From contig OZ219920.1 of NCBI GenBank assembly GCA_964291415.2, forward strand, positions 1,504,001 to 1,568,000: a stretch of 64,000 nt of DNA, read 5' to 3'. The translations under genes were made by a program, and so were the position numbers. Under the pieces are notes generated by a model. The model saw nothing but the letters and a program-made list of their open reading frames with translations. It ran no database searches and was not told the DNA's origin. This DNA is from Alphaproteobacteria bacterium. GTDB taxonomy: Bacteria; Pseudomonadota; Alphaproteobacteria; SP197. This document shows positions 51,982 to 61,395 of the stretch, piece after piece; within the stretch, counting starts at the first letter, position 1, and each line of letters begins with the position of its first letter.

Positions 51982-53922
51982 ATGCGCTGCCACTACACCG
52001 CCATGCTGTCGCACTTCCTGATCCTTGCCCTCCTGGCATCTCCCTTCGCCATGGCAGCGGCGGATACCGCCAACAGCAGTCACGACTCCTGGAGCGGCCA
52101 GGTGGCCCATGTCTACGGCACCCGCGTGGTCGATCTCGACGGCAATGTTCACCGCATCGGGACCGACGCCGGTGTCCAGCCGGTGGTTCTCCTGTTCATG
52201 AACGCCTTCTGTCCGGTCTCCAGCCGCTACGCTCCCGAATTCAACGAACTTTCCGCGTTTGCCGATGCGCATGGCGCCTCCCTGTACGGTGTCATGTCGG
52301 GGCCCTACCTGACGGTGGGCGAAGCCAGGAACTTCGTGGCTGACCACGGATTCGACTTTCCTGTCATCTTCGATCCCTCCGGTGATCTTGCCCTGCGCCT
52401 CAACCCCCTCGTCACCCCTGAGGCCTTTGTCGTCGATACCAGGGATGATGTCATCTACCGGGGCCGCATCGATGACCGCTTCGAAGCGATCGGCGTCCTG
52501 CGCAACCAGATCACCAGCCACGACCTCAAGGATGCCATCGCGACGGTGGGGGCGGATGGTGACCCGCTGCCCCGTTCCACAACTCCTGTCGGCTGCGTGT
52601 TCGAGGGCTGGGAGGCGGACCGCCTGCCGGAATCCGTGACCTACAACCGGGATATCGCCCCCCTGCTCGCGGCCAACTGCACGGAGTGCCACAGGGACGG
52701 CAGCATCGCCCCCTTCCCTCTCGATACCTATGTCGATGCCAAGCGCCGGGCCCGCATGCTGGCCTTCGTGACCCGCGAGCAGATCATGCCGCCCTGGCGG
52801 GCTGTCGAGGGATTCGGCGCGTTCCGCGACGAACGGCACCTTTCCGGCCGGCAGGTCGCCCTCCTCGCAGCGTGGGCCGAAGCCGGCGCGCCGCTCGGCG
52901 AGGACGTGGAGGCGCTGCCGGAAACGGTGTGGCCGGACCCCACGTGGCGCGTCGGCGAGCCGGATTTGGTGCTCGCCATGGAAGAACCCTTCGCCATTCC
53001 CGCGACCGGTCCCGACATCTACCGGTACTTCGTCATCCCCTTCGAACTCTTCCAGGAACGCGCCATCAGCGCCATCGAGTTCCAGCCCGGCGACGAGCGC
53101 GTCGTTCATCACGCCAACATCTTTGTCGATTACTCGGGCCGGGCGCGCCGCGCCGACGCCAGGGACGACGAACCCGGTTTCTCCGTTTTCGGAACCGGCA
53201 GCTTCTTCGACTACAGCGGCGAAGCGCAAACCTGGGGCATCGGAGGCTGGACGCCCGGCGTCGATCCCTATGCCCTGCCGGACAATCATGCCATGTGGCT
53301 GCCGGCGGGCGCCGGCGACGTCGTGTTCGAGATCCACTATCATCTCAACGGCAAGGCCACCGAGGACCGCAGCCGGATCGGTCTCACGTTCGCCGACGGA
53401 CCCGTCGCCCACTGGGTTGACGGGCTCGTGATCGGCACGCAGCAACTCGCGATTCCTCCGGAGTCGGACACCTACTGGCGCCACGTCCGGATGGAGGTTC
53501 CGGCGCCGTTGACCCTTGTCGACATCATGCCGCACATGCACTACCTGGGCGCCGAGGCGAAGGCGATCGCGACACTCCCGGACGGCACGCAGATACCACT
53601 GGTCCATGTCGAGGAATGGGATCTCAGGTGGCAGAACATCTACTTCTTCCGCGAACCCGTCCGCCTGCCCGCCGGCAGCACGATCGACGGCTGGATACGG
53701 TTCGACAACACGTCGGCCAATCCCTACAACCCGACGCTGCCTCCGAAGACCGTGACGTGGGGCTGGGGATCGGACGAGGAGATGATGGAATTCTGGATCA
53801 GCTTCGTGCTCGACGACTGGCGTGAGCGCGACCGCGTGATCAATGCATCATGGGAAACCTGGTCCGAAAATCCCCGATGGGACGGGCCGGTGCCGGATCT
53901 GGCCGATCTCAACCTGCGCTGA
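51982..53922 (+). CDS. Secreted redoxin + cytochrome c + copper type II (PHM/DBH-like) monooxygenase fusion
   Basis: Signal peptide; FCPVS..TPEAFV..YRGRIDD..GC redoxin; CTECH heme with MPPW; VVHHAN, EIHYH, MPHMH, EEM copper ligands. Confidence 0.8.
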   Translation: MRCHYTAMLSHFLILALLASPFAMAAADTANSSHDSWSGQVAHVYGTRVVDLDGNVHRIGTDAGVQPVVLLFMNAFCPVSSRYAPEFNELSAFADAHGASLYGVMSGPYLTVGEARNFVADHGFDFPVIFDPSGDLALRLNPLVTPEAFVVDTRDDVIYRGRIDDRFEAIGVLRNQITSHDLKDAIATVGADGDPLPRSTTPVGCVFEGWEADRLPESVTYNRDIAPLLAANCTECHRDGSIAPFPLDTYVDAKRRARMLAFVTREQIMPPWRAVEGFGAFRDERHLSGRQVALLAAWAEAGAPLGEDVEALPETVWPDPTWRVGEPDLVLAMEEPFAIPATGPDIYRYFVIPFELFQERAISAIEFQPGDERVVHHANIFVDYSGRARRADARDDEPGFSVFGTGSFFDYSGEAQTWGIGGWTPGVDPYALPDNHAMWLPAGAGDVVFEIHYHLNGKATEDRSRIGLTFADGPVAHWVDGLVIGTQQLAIPPESDTYWRHVRMEVPAPLTLVDIMPHMHYLGAEAKAIATLPDGTQIPLVHVEEWDLRWQNIYFFREPVRLPAGSTIDGWIRFDNTSANPYNPTLPPKTVTWGWGSDEEMMEFWISFVLDDWRERDRVINASWETWSENPRWDGPVPDLADLNLR

Positions 53923-54015
53923 GACGGCGGACCTTCCCCTGGTCCTGGCGAACAAGGGCACGCTCCTTGATTCATGACCTGAGGGCGAAGCAATCCAATG
54001 GGTGAGACCCGGGGA

Positions 54016-55305
54016 TCAGGTCCAGGTCGGCGGCGTCTCCCGCAGATCGAGACGGTCGCGCATGACGCCGGAGACGAGATACCAGGTGAGACCGAACTGG
54101 CGCAGGCCGTGATGGGGGACGAGGTCCAGCGGCTCCACGGGCATGTCGGTCTCCTCGCCAAGAACAAGACGTGTGAGCTGCGTGCCGAACATCGAACTCA
54201 TGGCCACACCGCGCCCGTTGAAACCCAGACCGGCGTGAGCGTTCCGGGCGAGCCGGAAGAGACGCGGCGTGTGGTCGGGCGTCAACGCCACCCGGCCGCC
54301 CCATCGGTGGGTCCAGGCGACGCCTTCGAGCGCCGGGAAGATCGCCGTGGCCATCCTCTGCAGGTGTGTGACCGACCCTGGCTCCGCACCGTTCGTGAAG
54401 TTGCCGCGGCCGCCCATGACGAATCGATCGTCCCGATCGAGCCGGAAGTAGTGAAGCGTGCGGCGGGTCTCCGCGACCGCATGACGACCAGGCAGGATGA
54501 CTGCGCGGCGTGTCTCGTCCAGGGGCTCGGTCGCGGCGATGAAACTGGTGACGGGTACCACGGAGCGCTCGAGTCCGGGCCATAACCGGTCGGTATAGCC
54601 ATTCGTGCAGAGCAGCAGATGCTCGGCCTCGACTTCGCCACCGGCGGCCACCAGTCGCCAGCCGGCGCCGTGTGCATGAACGCTGTGGGCGCGGGTCCGG
54701 CCATGAACGATGGCGCCCTTGGCGACGGCCGCACGCGCCAGACCTCGAGCGTAGGACAGGGGCTGCACGTGACCGCCGCGAGGATCGTGCATGCCCATAT
54801 GGTAGTAGTCCGTTCCGATGAGGTCCGTCAGGGCGGCGCGTTCCAGGCGTTCGACCTTCACGCCCAGTTCGCCCCATTCCCGGGACCACGCCTCGAGGAA
54901 GGCCTTGCCGTGGCGGCCAAGCCCGGCGCTGACCAGACCGGGGCGCTCGTGATCGCAGGTGATGCCGTGGCGGTCAATCAGGTCGAACACGAGATCCGTC
55001 GCCCGGTCGAGCATGGCCAGCACGGCCGGCGTCGCATTGCCGCCATACTTTGCCGCAATCTCCGAGGGCAGCATGCGCCAGCCCGGGTTGACCTGACCGC
55101 CGTTTCGCCCCGAGGCGCCCCAGCCCGGTTCACCGGCTTCCAGCACGATCACCCGTTTGCCGGCCTCGGCAAGGTGGAGTGCCGCCGACAGCCCGGTAAA
55201 GCCGCCACCGACGATGGCGACATCCGCACCGGTCTCTCCGGCAAGGGGTGGCGTGTCGATGGCCGGCGCCGCGCTTGCGGCCCACAGACTCTCCGGCAGC
55301 TTCAT
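54016..55305 (-). CDS. FAD-dependent oxidoreductase (DadA/PuuB-like)
   Basis: SLWAA, GGGFTGLSAA, GASGRNGG, TNGY, WGG, GFNGRG. Confidence 0.88.
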   Translation of the reverse strand: MKLPESLWAASAAPAIDTPPLAGETGADVAIVGGGFTGLSAALHLAEAGKRVIVLEAGEPGWGASGRNGGQVNPGWRMLPSEIAAKYGGNATPAVLAMLDRATDLVFDLIDRHGITCDHERPGLVSAGLGRHGKAFLEAWSREWGELGVKVERLERAALTDLIGTDYYHMGMHDPRGGHVQPLSYARGLARAAVAKGAIVHGRTRAHSVHAHGAGWRLVAAGGEVEAEHLLLCTNGYTDRLWPGLERSVVPVTSFIAATEPLDETRRAVILPGRHAVAETRRTLHYFRLDRDDRFVMGGRGNFTNGAEPGSVTHLQRMATAIFPALEGVAWTHRWGGRVALTPDHTPRLFRLARNAHAGLGFNGRGVAMSSMFGTQLTRLVLGEETDMPVEPLDLVPHHGLRQFGLTWYLVSGVMRDRLDLRETPPTWT

Positions 55306-55382
55306 CACGGATTCCCCCGATCCAAAGGGCAGTCTAGTCTGCACACCGGATCCGGGACCAGACCGACGAACCTGGAGGAACC

Positions 55383-56876
55383 ATGACCACCCCTCCCAAC
55401 ATCCTTCTTGTCATGATGGATCAGCTCGCCCCCCAGGTGCTGAAGCCCTACGGCGGCACGGTGTGCCGGACGCCCAACCTGGAGCGGCTGGCCGGTGAGG
55501 GCGTCGTGTTCGAAAACGCCTACTGCAACTACCCGATCTGTGCGCCGGCCCGTTTCAGCCTCATGTCGGGCCGCATGCCAAGCCGCATCGGAGCATTTGA
55601 CAACGCAACCGAATTTCCATCCGAGATTCCGACCTTCGCACACTATCTTCGCGCAATGGGGTATCACACCTGCCTCGCCGGCAAGATGCACTTCGTCGGC
55701 GCGGACCAGCTTCACGGTTTCGAGGACCGGGTGACGACCGACGTCTATCCCTCCGACTTCTCGTGGACCAGCAACTGGTCGCTGGACCAGACCTTCTGGG
55801 AACCGGGGCTCAATTCGGTCGAGGCCGTGCTCGATGCGGGACCCAGGCGACGCAGCGTCAACACGAACTACGATGAGGAGGCAACCGTCGAGGCCTGCCG
55901 CTGGCTCTACGATCACGCCGACAGGGCCGACGGCCGGCCCTTCTTCCTGACGGCCAGTTTCATCAGTCCGCACGACCCCTACCTGGCGCCGCCCACCCAC
56001 TGGGACCTCTACGCGGACGACGAAATCGACGATCCCAGGGTCGGCGATATCCCACTCGAAGAGCGTGACCCCCACAGCCGCAGACTGTACTACACGATCG
56101 GCCGCCACATGCAGACGATCGGCCCTGCCGATGTCCGCCGGGCGCGACGCGCATACTATGCCGTGATGACCTGGCTCGATGAGCGCATCGGGCGGATTCT
56201 GGAGACCCTCAAGGCCATCGACGCACGCGACAACACGATCGTCGTCGTGACGGCCGATCACGGGGACATGCTTGGCGAACGCGGCCTGTGGTTGAAGATG
56301 AACTTCTTCGAGTGGTCCGTGCGCGTACCGCTGATCGTGCATGCGCCGCAATTCTATGGTGCGCGCCGGGTCACAGAGAACGTGTCCCTGCTGGATCTCT
56401 TCCCGACCTTCCTGGAGTGGGCCGGCGACGGCGAACTGCCGGAACTGTTCGCGCCGATCGACGGCGCCAGCATCGCCGGGCTGGCCGCGGGGCACGGCGA
56501 CGGCTGGCCCGATATCGTCGGCAGCGAGTTCTGCGGCCAGGGCACTTCCTCTCCGGTGCTGATGATTCGCCGCGAACGCTGGAAGTACATCCAATGCGAG
56601 GATGATCCGCCCCTGCTCTTCGACATCGCGCAGGATCCCGATGAACTCGTCAACCTGGCCGGGACACCGGAGGTCAGCGGCATCGAGACCGATCTTGCCA
56701 GCGAAGTCCGTCGCTGGTGGGATCCTGCGACCCTGAAGGATCGCGTGATCGAGAGTCAGAAGCGCAGGAAGTTCCTTCACGCCGCCCTGTCGGTTGGCCG
56801 TCGCACACCCTGGGACTGGCAACCGGTGCGTGATGCCTCGCGTGAGTACGTGCGTGGCGACTATCCCAGGAACTAA
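55383..56876 (+). CDS. betC: Choline-sulfatase-like sulfatase, paralog 2
   Basis: PNILLVMMDQ, CAPAR, GKMHFVGADQLHG, PHDPY, ADHG, WDWQP. Confidence 0.85.
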   Translation: MTTPPNILLVMMDQLAPQVLKPYGGTVCRTPNLERLAGEGVVFENAYCNYPICAPARFSLMSGRMPSRIGAFDNATEFPSEIPTFAHYLRAMGYHTCLAGKMHFVGADQLHGFEDRVTTDVYPSDFSWTSNWSLDQTFWEPGLNSVEAVLDAGPRRRSVNTNYDEEATVEACRWLYDHADRADGRPFFLTASFISPHDPYLAPPTHWDLYADDEIDDPRVGDIPLEERDPHSRRLYYTIGRHMQTIGPADVRRARRAYYAVMTWLDERIGRILETLKAIDARDNTIVVVTADHGDMLGERGLWLKMNFFEWSVRVPLIVHAPQFYGARRVTENVSLLDLFPTFLEWAGDGELPELFAPIDGASIAGLAAGHGDGWPDIVGSEFCGQGTSSPVLMIRRERWKYIQCEDDPPLLFDIAQDPDELVNLAGTPEVSGIETDLASEVRRWWDPATLKDRVIESQKRRKFLHAALSVGRRTPWDWQPVRDASREYVRGDYPRN

Positions 56877-57109
56877 AGCTGCCGGGCGGCGGAAGACACA
56901 CAGCATGATCGCCACCTCGGCCGCACCCATGTCCACGCTGACGGCCGCTGCATCAACATTGCGGCGTGGCGCGTGACCATGTGCCGGTTTCCGCCTGCTC
57001 CCCTGGTGGATCAGGAACGGCCGTCCTTCATGCCGGGTGCCAACTGGCCTGATCGCCTGCGTGCAGGGTAGGCTGAATCGGCGTATCGGATACGAAACAG
57101 GGGCAAGTC

Positions 57110-58072
57110 TTGAAGGCAGACACCGGAACGAACGAATGGCGCCGCAGTCCGCGCCGGGTGCACGTGCACTTCGACGGCATCCGTGTCGCGGACTCCGAGC
57201 GCACCATGTTGCTCCGTCAGCACGGCTTCCTGCCGGTTTACTACTTCCCCGAAGACGACGTGAAGACCGACCTGCTCGTGGCCACCGACTACACGACCAC
57301 GTCGCCCTACAAGGGCACGGCGAACTATTGGCATCTCGACACCGGATCACGGATCGCGCGCTTCGCCGTATGGCGATACCTGCGGCCGAAGGAGGGATCG
57401 CCCGACACCAGAGGTCACTACGGTTTCGACTGGCACAGCATGGATGCCTGGTGGGAGGAGGACGAACGCCTCCACGTGCACGCGCGCGATCCGTTCCTGA
57501 GGGTGGACGCGGTGCAGAGCGCCCGATCCGTCAGGGTCGAGATCGCCGGACGCACCGTTGCGGAGACGCACCACCCGGTGCTGCTGTTCGAGACCGGTCT
57601 GGTGACGCGCTACTACGTCCCCGCAGAGGACGTGCAGTCCGGACTGTTCGAGCCGAGCGCCACCTACACGCTCTGTCCCTACAAGGGCCGTGCGCGCTAT
57701 CACCATGTCCGGATCGACGGCGCACGGCATGGCGATGCGGCCTGGCAGTATGTCCGCCCCCTGCCCGCGGTGGCGGCCATTGCCGGGCACTTCGCATTCT
57801 GGAGTGAACGCGCCGACACAACGATTGTCGTCGACGGGAAACCCCTCGCCGACAGAGGCGTGCGCTCCGCCGGCGAGGGCGGCGAGTGGCTGCAGCCGTG
57901 GCGTGAGTTCTGGGGTGAGCCCCCGCCGGCTGCAATGAAGGGTGCCGGCACCGGAAAACAGTTGGAAGCCGCGCGTCCCAATGGACGGGCCGAGGGTCCG
58001 CCCGACGGCGTCATGGATCTCGACATCGAACGCGCCGGAGGAGGCCCGGAGGACTGGCTGGGACAGGGATGA
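57110..58072 (+). CDS. Tandem DUF427 domain protein
   Basis: Two repeats: PVYYFP..DV...TTSPYKG.A.Y and ETGL..RYYVP..DV...CPYKG.A.Y. Confidence 0.82.
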   Translation: MKADTGTNEWRRSPRRVHVHFDGIRVADSERTMLLRQHGFLPVYYFPEDDVKTDLLVATDYTTTSPYKGTANYWHLDTGSRIARFAVWRYLRPKEGSPDTRGHYGFDWHSMDAWWEEDERLHVHARDPFLRVDAVQSARSVRVEIAGRTVAETHHPVLLFETGLVTRYYVPAEDVQSGLFEPSATYTLCPYKGRARYHHVRIDGARHGDAAWQYVRPLPAVAAIAGHFAFWSERADTTIVVDGKPLADRGVRSAGEGGEWLQPWREFWGEPPPAAMKGAGTGKQLEAARPNGRAEGPPDGVMDLDIERAGGGPEDWLGQG

Positions 58073-58163
58073 GCGGAGGGGTAACTTCTGCCCCCTGACT
58101 GGTACGCCTTGCATGCGTACTCTACGCTGTCGGCGAACCCAGAGCCCGTCAAGGAGCCATGCC

Positions 58164-59960
58164 ATGATCCAGTCACGTCCCGAACTCGTCGGAACCTTCG
58201 GTATGGTGACCACCACTCACTGGCAGGCCAGTGCCGCCGGCATGGCCATGCTGGAACGGGGCGGCAATGCCTTCGATGCGGCGGTGGCGGCCGGCTGTGT
58301 CCTGCATGTGGTCGAACCCGACCAGAACGGCCCTGGCGGCGACGTTCCCCTCATCCTGTGGAGCGAGAAGAGGGGCCGGGTGGACGTCATCTGTGGCCAG
58401 GGGGTGGCGCCGTCGACGATCTCCGGCGAGGCCCTGCGGAACATGGGACTCGATATCATGCCCGGGACCGGACATCTGCCGGTCGTCGTGCCGGGCAGTT
58501 TCGGCGCCTGGATGCTGCTGCTGCGCGACTACGGATGTCTCACGGTCCGCGAGGTTCTCGAACCGGCCATCGCCATCGCCCGAGACGGCTTCCTGCTCAC
58601 GCCGACGGTCGCTTCCGTTCTCCAGGAAGCGCGCGGTTTCATGGAGGAATTCTGGCCGACATCGGCTGAAGCCTACTGTGACGGCACCCTCGAGGCCGGT
58701 GATCTCCATTGCCTGCCCATGCAGGCCCGGACCTGGGAGAGGATCATCGAGGAAGCGGAGGCCGCAGGCGGTGACCGCGAGGCCCAGGTCGAGGCGGCAC
58801 GCAACGCATGGTACGAGGGGTTCGTCGCGGAGGCGATCGACCGGTTCATGCGGGAACCGGTCATGGATTCCAGCGGCGAGGCCCACGCGGGATTTCTCAC
58901 CGGCGACGACCTGGCACGCTGGCGCGCTGCCGTCGAAGATCCGGTGACGCTGGAGTACGGCGATTACACCGTCTGCAAGGCCGGACCCTGGTCGCAGGCC
59001 CCTGTCCTGCTCCAGCAACTCGCCCTCCTCAAGGGCTTCGGCGTGGCGGACATGGACGCGTCGGGACCTGAATTCGTCCACGTGATCCAGGAATGCGCCA
59101 AGCTTGCCCTTGCCGATCGCGAGGCCTTCTACGGCGATCCCGACTTTGTCGACGTGCCGCTTGAACGGCTGCTGTCGGAGGACTACTGCGACGGCCGGCG
59201 CCAGCTCGTCGAGGAAACCGCCAGCATGGAAATGCGCCCCGGGACGATCGACGGATACGGTGGCGCCATCACGCTGAGAGCACTGGGCTCAACCAACATT
59301 GCCCAAGCATCGACCTCTCTCGAGAGCAGCGCCGGATCGAAACCGTGGAGCACTTGGGCCGAATTCGTGGCCCGCCGCCATGGTGATACCTGCCACTTCG
59401 ACATCATCGACCGTCATGGCAACATGATTTCGGGCACGCCTTCGGGCGGCTGGCTCACCGGATCGCCCGCCGTGCCCGGCCTGGGCTTCCCGGTCTCGGT
59501 CAGGGGACAGATGTTCTGGCTCGATGACGCCCATCCCAACAGCCTGCAGCCTGGCAAGCGGCCACGCACCACACTGACCCCGACCCTGGCGCTTCACCAT
59601 GGCGAGCCGCGTCTCGTCTTCGGCACGCCCGGCGGCGACCATCAGGACCAGTGGTCTCTCCATGCCTTCCTGCGCCACGTGGATCACGGCATGACTCTCC
59701 AGGAGTCCCTCGATGCGCCGTCCTTCTATACCGACCACATGCCGAGTTCGTTCTACCCGCGCGAATGGATGCCAGGTCATCTTGCCATCGAGGACCATTT
59801 CCCCCGGTCCACTCTCGAGGATCTTGACCGCAGGGGCCACGATCTCAGGATCTATCCGCGCTGGAGTCACTACAACTCCATGACGATGGCCTCGAAGACA
59901 GGCCGTGTGCTGCGCGCTGCTGCCAGTCCGCGCCGGCAGTGCTACGCCGTCGGCCGCTGA
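58164..59960 (+). CDS. Gamma-glutamyltransferase / Ntn amidohydrolase
   Basis: GGNAFDAAVA, VVEP..NGPGGD, ADRE..YGDP, GDTCH (Thr nucleophile), PGKRPRTTLTP, GTPGGD.Q. Confidence 0.92.
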   Translation: MIQSRPELVGTFGMVTTTHWQASAAGMAMLERGGNAFDAAVAAGCVLHVVEPDQNGPGGDVPLILWSEKRGRVDVICGQGVAPSTISGEALRNMGLDIMPGTGHLPVVVPGSFGAWMLLLRDYGCLTVREVLEPAIAIARDGFLLTPTVASVLQEARGFMEEFWPTSAEAYCDGTLEAGDLHCLPMQARTWERIIEEAEAAGGDREAQVEAARNAWYEGFVAEAIDRFMREPVMDSSGEAHAGFLTGDDLARWRAAVEDPVTLEYGDYTVCKAGPWSQAPVLLQQLALLKGFGVADMDASGPEFVHVIQECAKLALADREAFYGDPDFVDVPLERLLSEDYCDGRRQLVEETASMEMRPGTIDGYGGAITLRALGSTNIAQASTSLESSAGSKPWSTWAEFVARRHGDTCHFDIIDRHGNMISGTPSGGWLTGSPAVPGLGFPVSVRGQMFWLDDAHPNSLQPGKRPRTTLTPTLALHHGEPRLVFGTPGGDHQDQWSLHAFLRHVDHGMTLQESLDAPSFYTDHMPSSFYPREWMPGHLAIEDHFPRSTLEDLDRRGHDLRIYPRWSHYNSMTMASKTGRVLRAAASPRRQCYAVGR

Positions 59961-59966
59961 CCCGTT

Positions 59967-61007
59967 TCAGCAGGGGTTGAGCGGCGGCTCGCCGTCGATG
60001 TAGCGCCGCACTTCCTCCGCCATCCGCGTTGCGGCGTCGCGCACGGTCTTGATGGACGCCCCGGCGATATGCGGAGTCAGGACCACGCCCGGGTGGGAGA
60101 GCAGCGGCCACTCCGCCGGCACGGGCTCGACGGCGAAGGTTTCCAGCATTGCTCCCTTGAGGTGCCCGCTGTCGAGGGCATGTGCGAGAGCATCGTAGTC
60201 CACCAGCGGTCCACGGGCCGTATTGACGAACCATGCTCCCCGCTTCATCCGGGCGAAGGCATCCGTGTTCATCAATCCTTCGGTCTGGGGGGTGACTCGA
60301 GCGTGCAGCGTGACGAGGTCCGACTGTTCGAGGAGCGCATCGACATCCACCTGGCGAACCTTGTCATCCATGTCCCCGGGGGGCACGACCACCAACGGGT
60401 CGGCCACAAGAATGCGGCAGTCGAAGGCGCGCAGCAGGCGAACGACGCTGGCGCCGATGTTCCCGTAGCCGATGACGCCGACAGTCATGTCGCAGAGTTC
60501 CATGCCGGCCTCGTCGGCACGGTAGAGGTCACCCCGCCACACACCCTGGCGCAATGCATCGTGTCCTCGGACGATGTTGCGGGTCAGGGCAAGAATCGCA
60601 CCGATGGTGAATTCCGCCACCGCCGACGCATTGCGTCCCGGCGTGTTGACGACACGGATGCCGCGCGTCCGTGCCGCTGCCATGTCGATGTTGACCGGTC
60701 CACCGCGCGAGACGGCAACACACTTCAGTCCGGGCAATCGTTCCATCATGGAGGCCGAAAGAGGAGCGAGATGGGTCACAAGGATCTCGGCGTCGCCAAT
60801 CCTCGCGACGATGTCGTCGGGATCGCCCATGTATTCCTTGAGACCATCCATTCCCGGAACCCGGTAGCCGTGCTCCATGGGCTCGTCGGGCCACGCCAGT
60901 TCGTGAAGCCTTGTCGCGACATGTCTCCCGCAGGCCTCGCGCAGGGCGTCATCGAACATCCATGGGAGCATGAAGCGGTCACCAATAATCGAGACTTTCC
61001 GGGTCAT
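59967..61007 (-). CDS. D-isomer specific 2-hydroxyacid dehydrogenase (polyol-catabolism type)
   Basis: IIGDRFM, SRGGPVN, NTPGRNA..VAEF, GYGNIG, LHAR, NTARG, TPHIAG. Confidence 0.88.
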   Translation of the reverse strand: MTRKVSIIGDRFMLPWMFDDALREACGRHVATRLHELAWPDEPMEHGYRVPGMDGLKEYMGDPDDIVARIGDAEILVTHLAPLSASMMERLPGLKCVAVSRGGPVNIDMAAARTRGIRVVNTPGRNASAVAEFTIGAILALTRNIVRGHDALRQGVWRGDLYRADEAGMELCDMTVGVIGYGNIGASVVRLLRAFDCRILVADPLVVVPPGDMDDKVRQVDVDALLEQSDLVTLHARVTPQTEGLMNTDAFARMKRGAWFVNTARGPLVDYDALAHALDSGHLKGAMLETFAVEPVPAEWPLLSHPGVVLTPHIAGASIKTVRDAATRMAEEVRRYIDGEPPLNPC

Positions 61008-61168
61008 TGGTTTGCCCCGCGTTTCACGTCGGCGTGCGTACCCCACACGGCAGTCATGTCGCTGTGACATTCGCGCGCCACGTCGATCTCCTTGCCTTCC
61101 AGCGTGAAAGCCACGTCCTTCAACGCCAAGGTGCCGGCATCCATGCCGATGATCACGTCCACATTCAC
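61004..61168 (-). pseudogene. Internally deleted FGGY-family sugar/polyol kinase (EryA-like) remnant
   Basis: 54-aa frame VNVDVIIGMDAGTLALKDVAFTLEGKEIDVARECHSDMTAVWGTHADVKRGANQ*; stop overlaps downstream ATG (ATGA). Confidence 0.7.
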
Positions 61169-61395
61169 AAGCGTACTGCCGCACGGTCAAAGTCCGGGTC
61201 AAGGTATCCGCACCCGGCCGGAAATGCACCAGCACCACATGGTATCATCGTCGCGGGCGATCGAGCCCGGGACCATCGCCCGTCGGAGGCCCCCGACTGC
61301 GGATGGCCGGCGCAATGTCGCTCGGCGACGAGTAAACCGGGATCGCGACGGGCGGTCACATCGGCTACGGTCCTCTGGACGTCTGGGTGTACTGC

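Noticed and set aside
55305-57350. 681-aa minus-strand ORF
   Set aside because: Antisense shadow of the sulfatase and DUF427 genes; no motifs; expected in GC-rich DNA.
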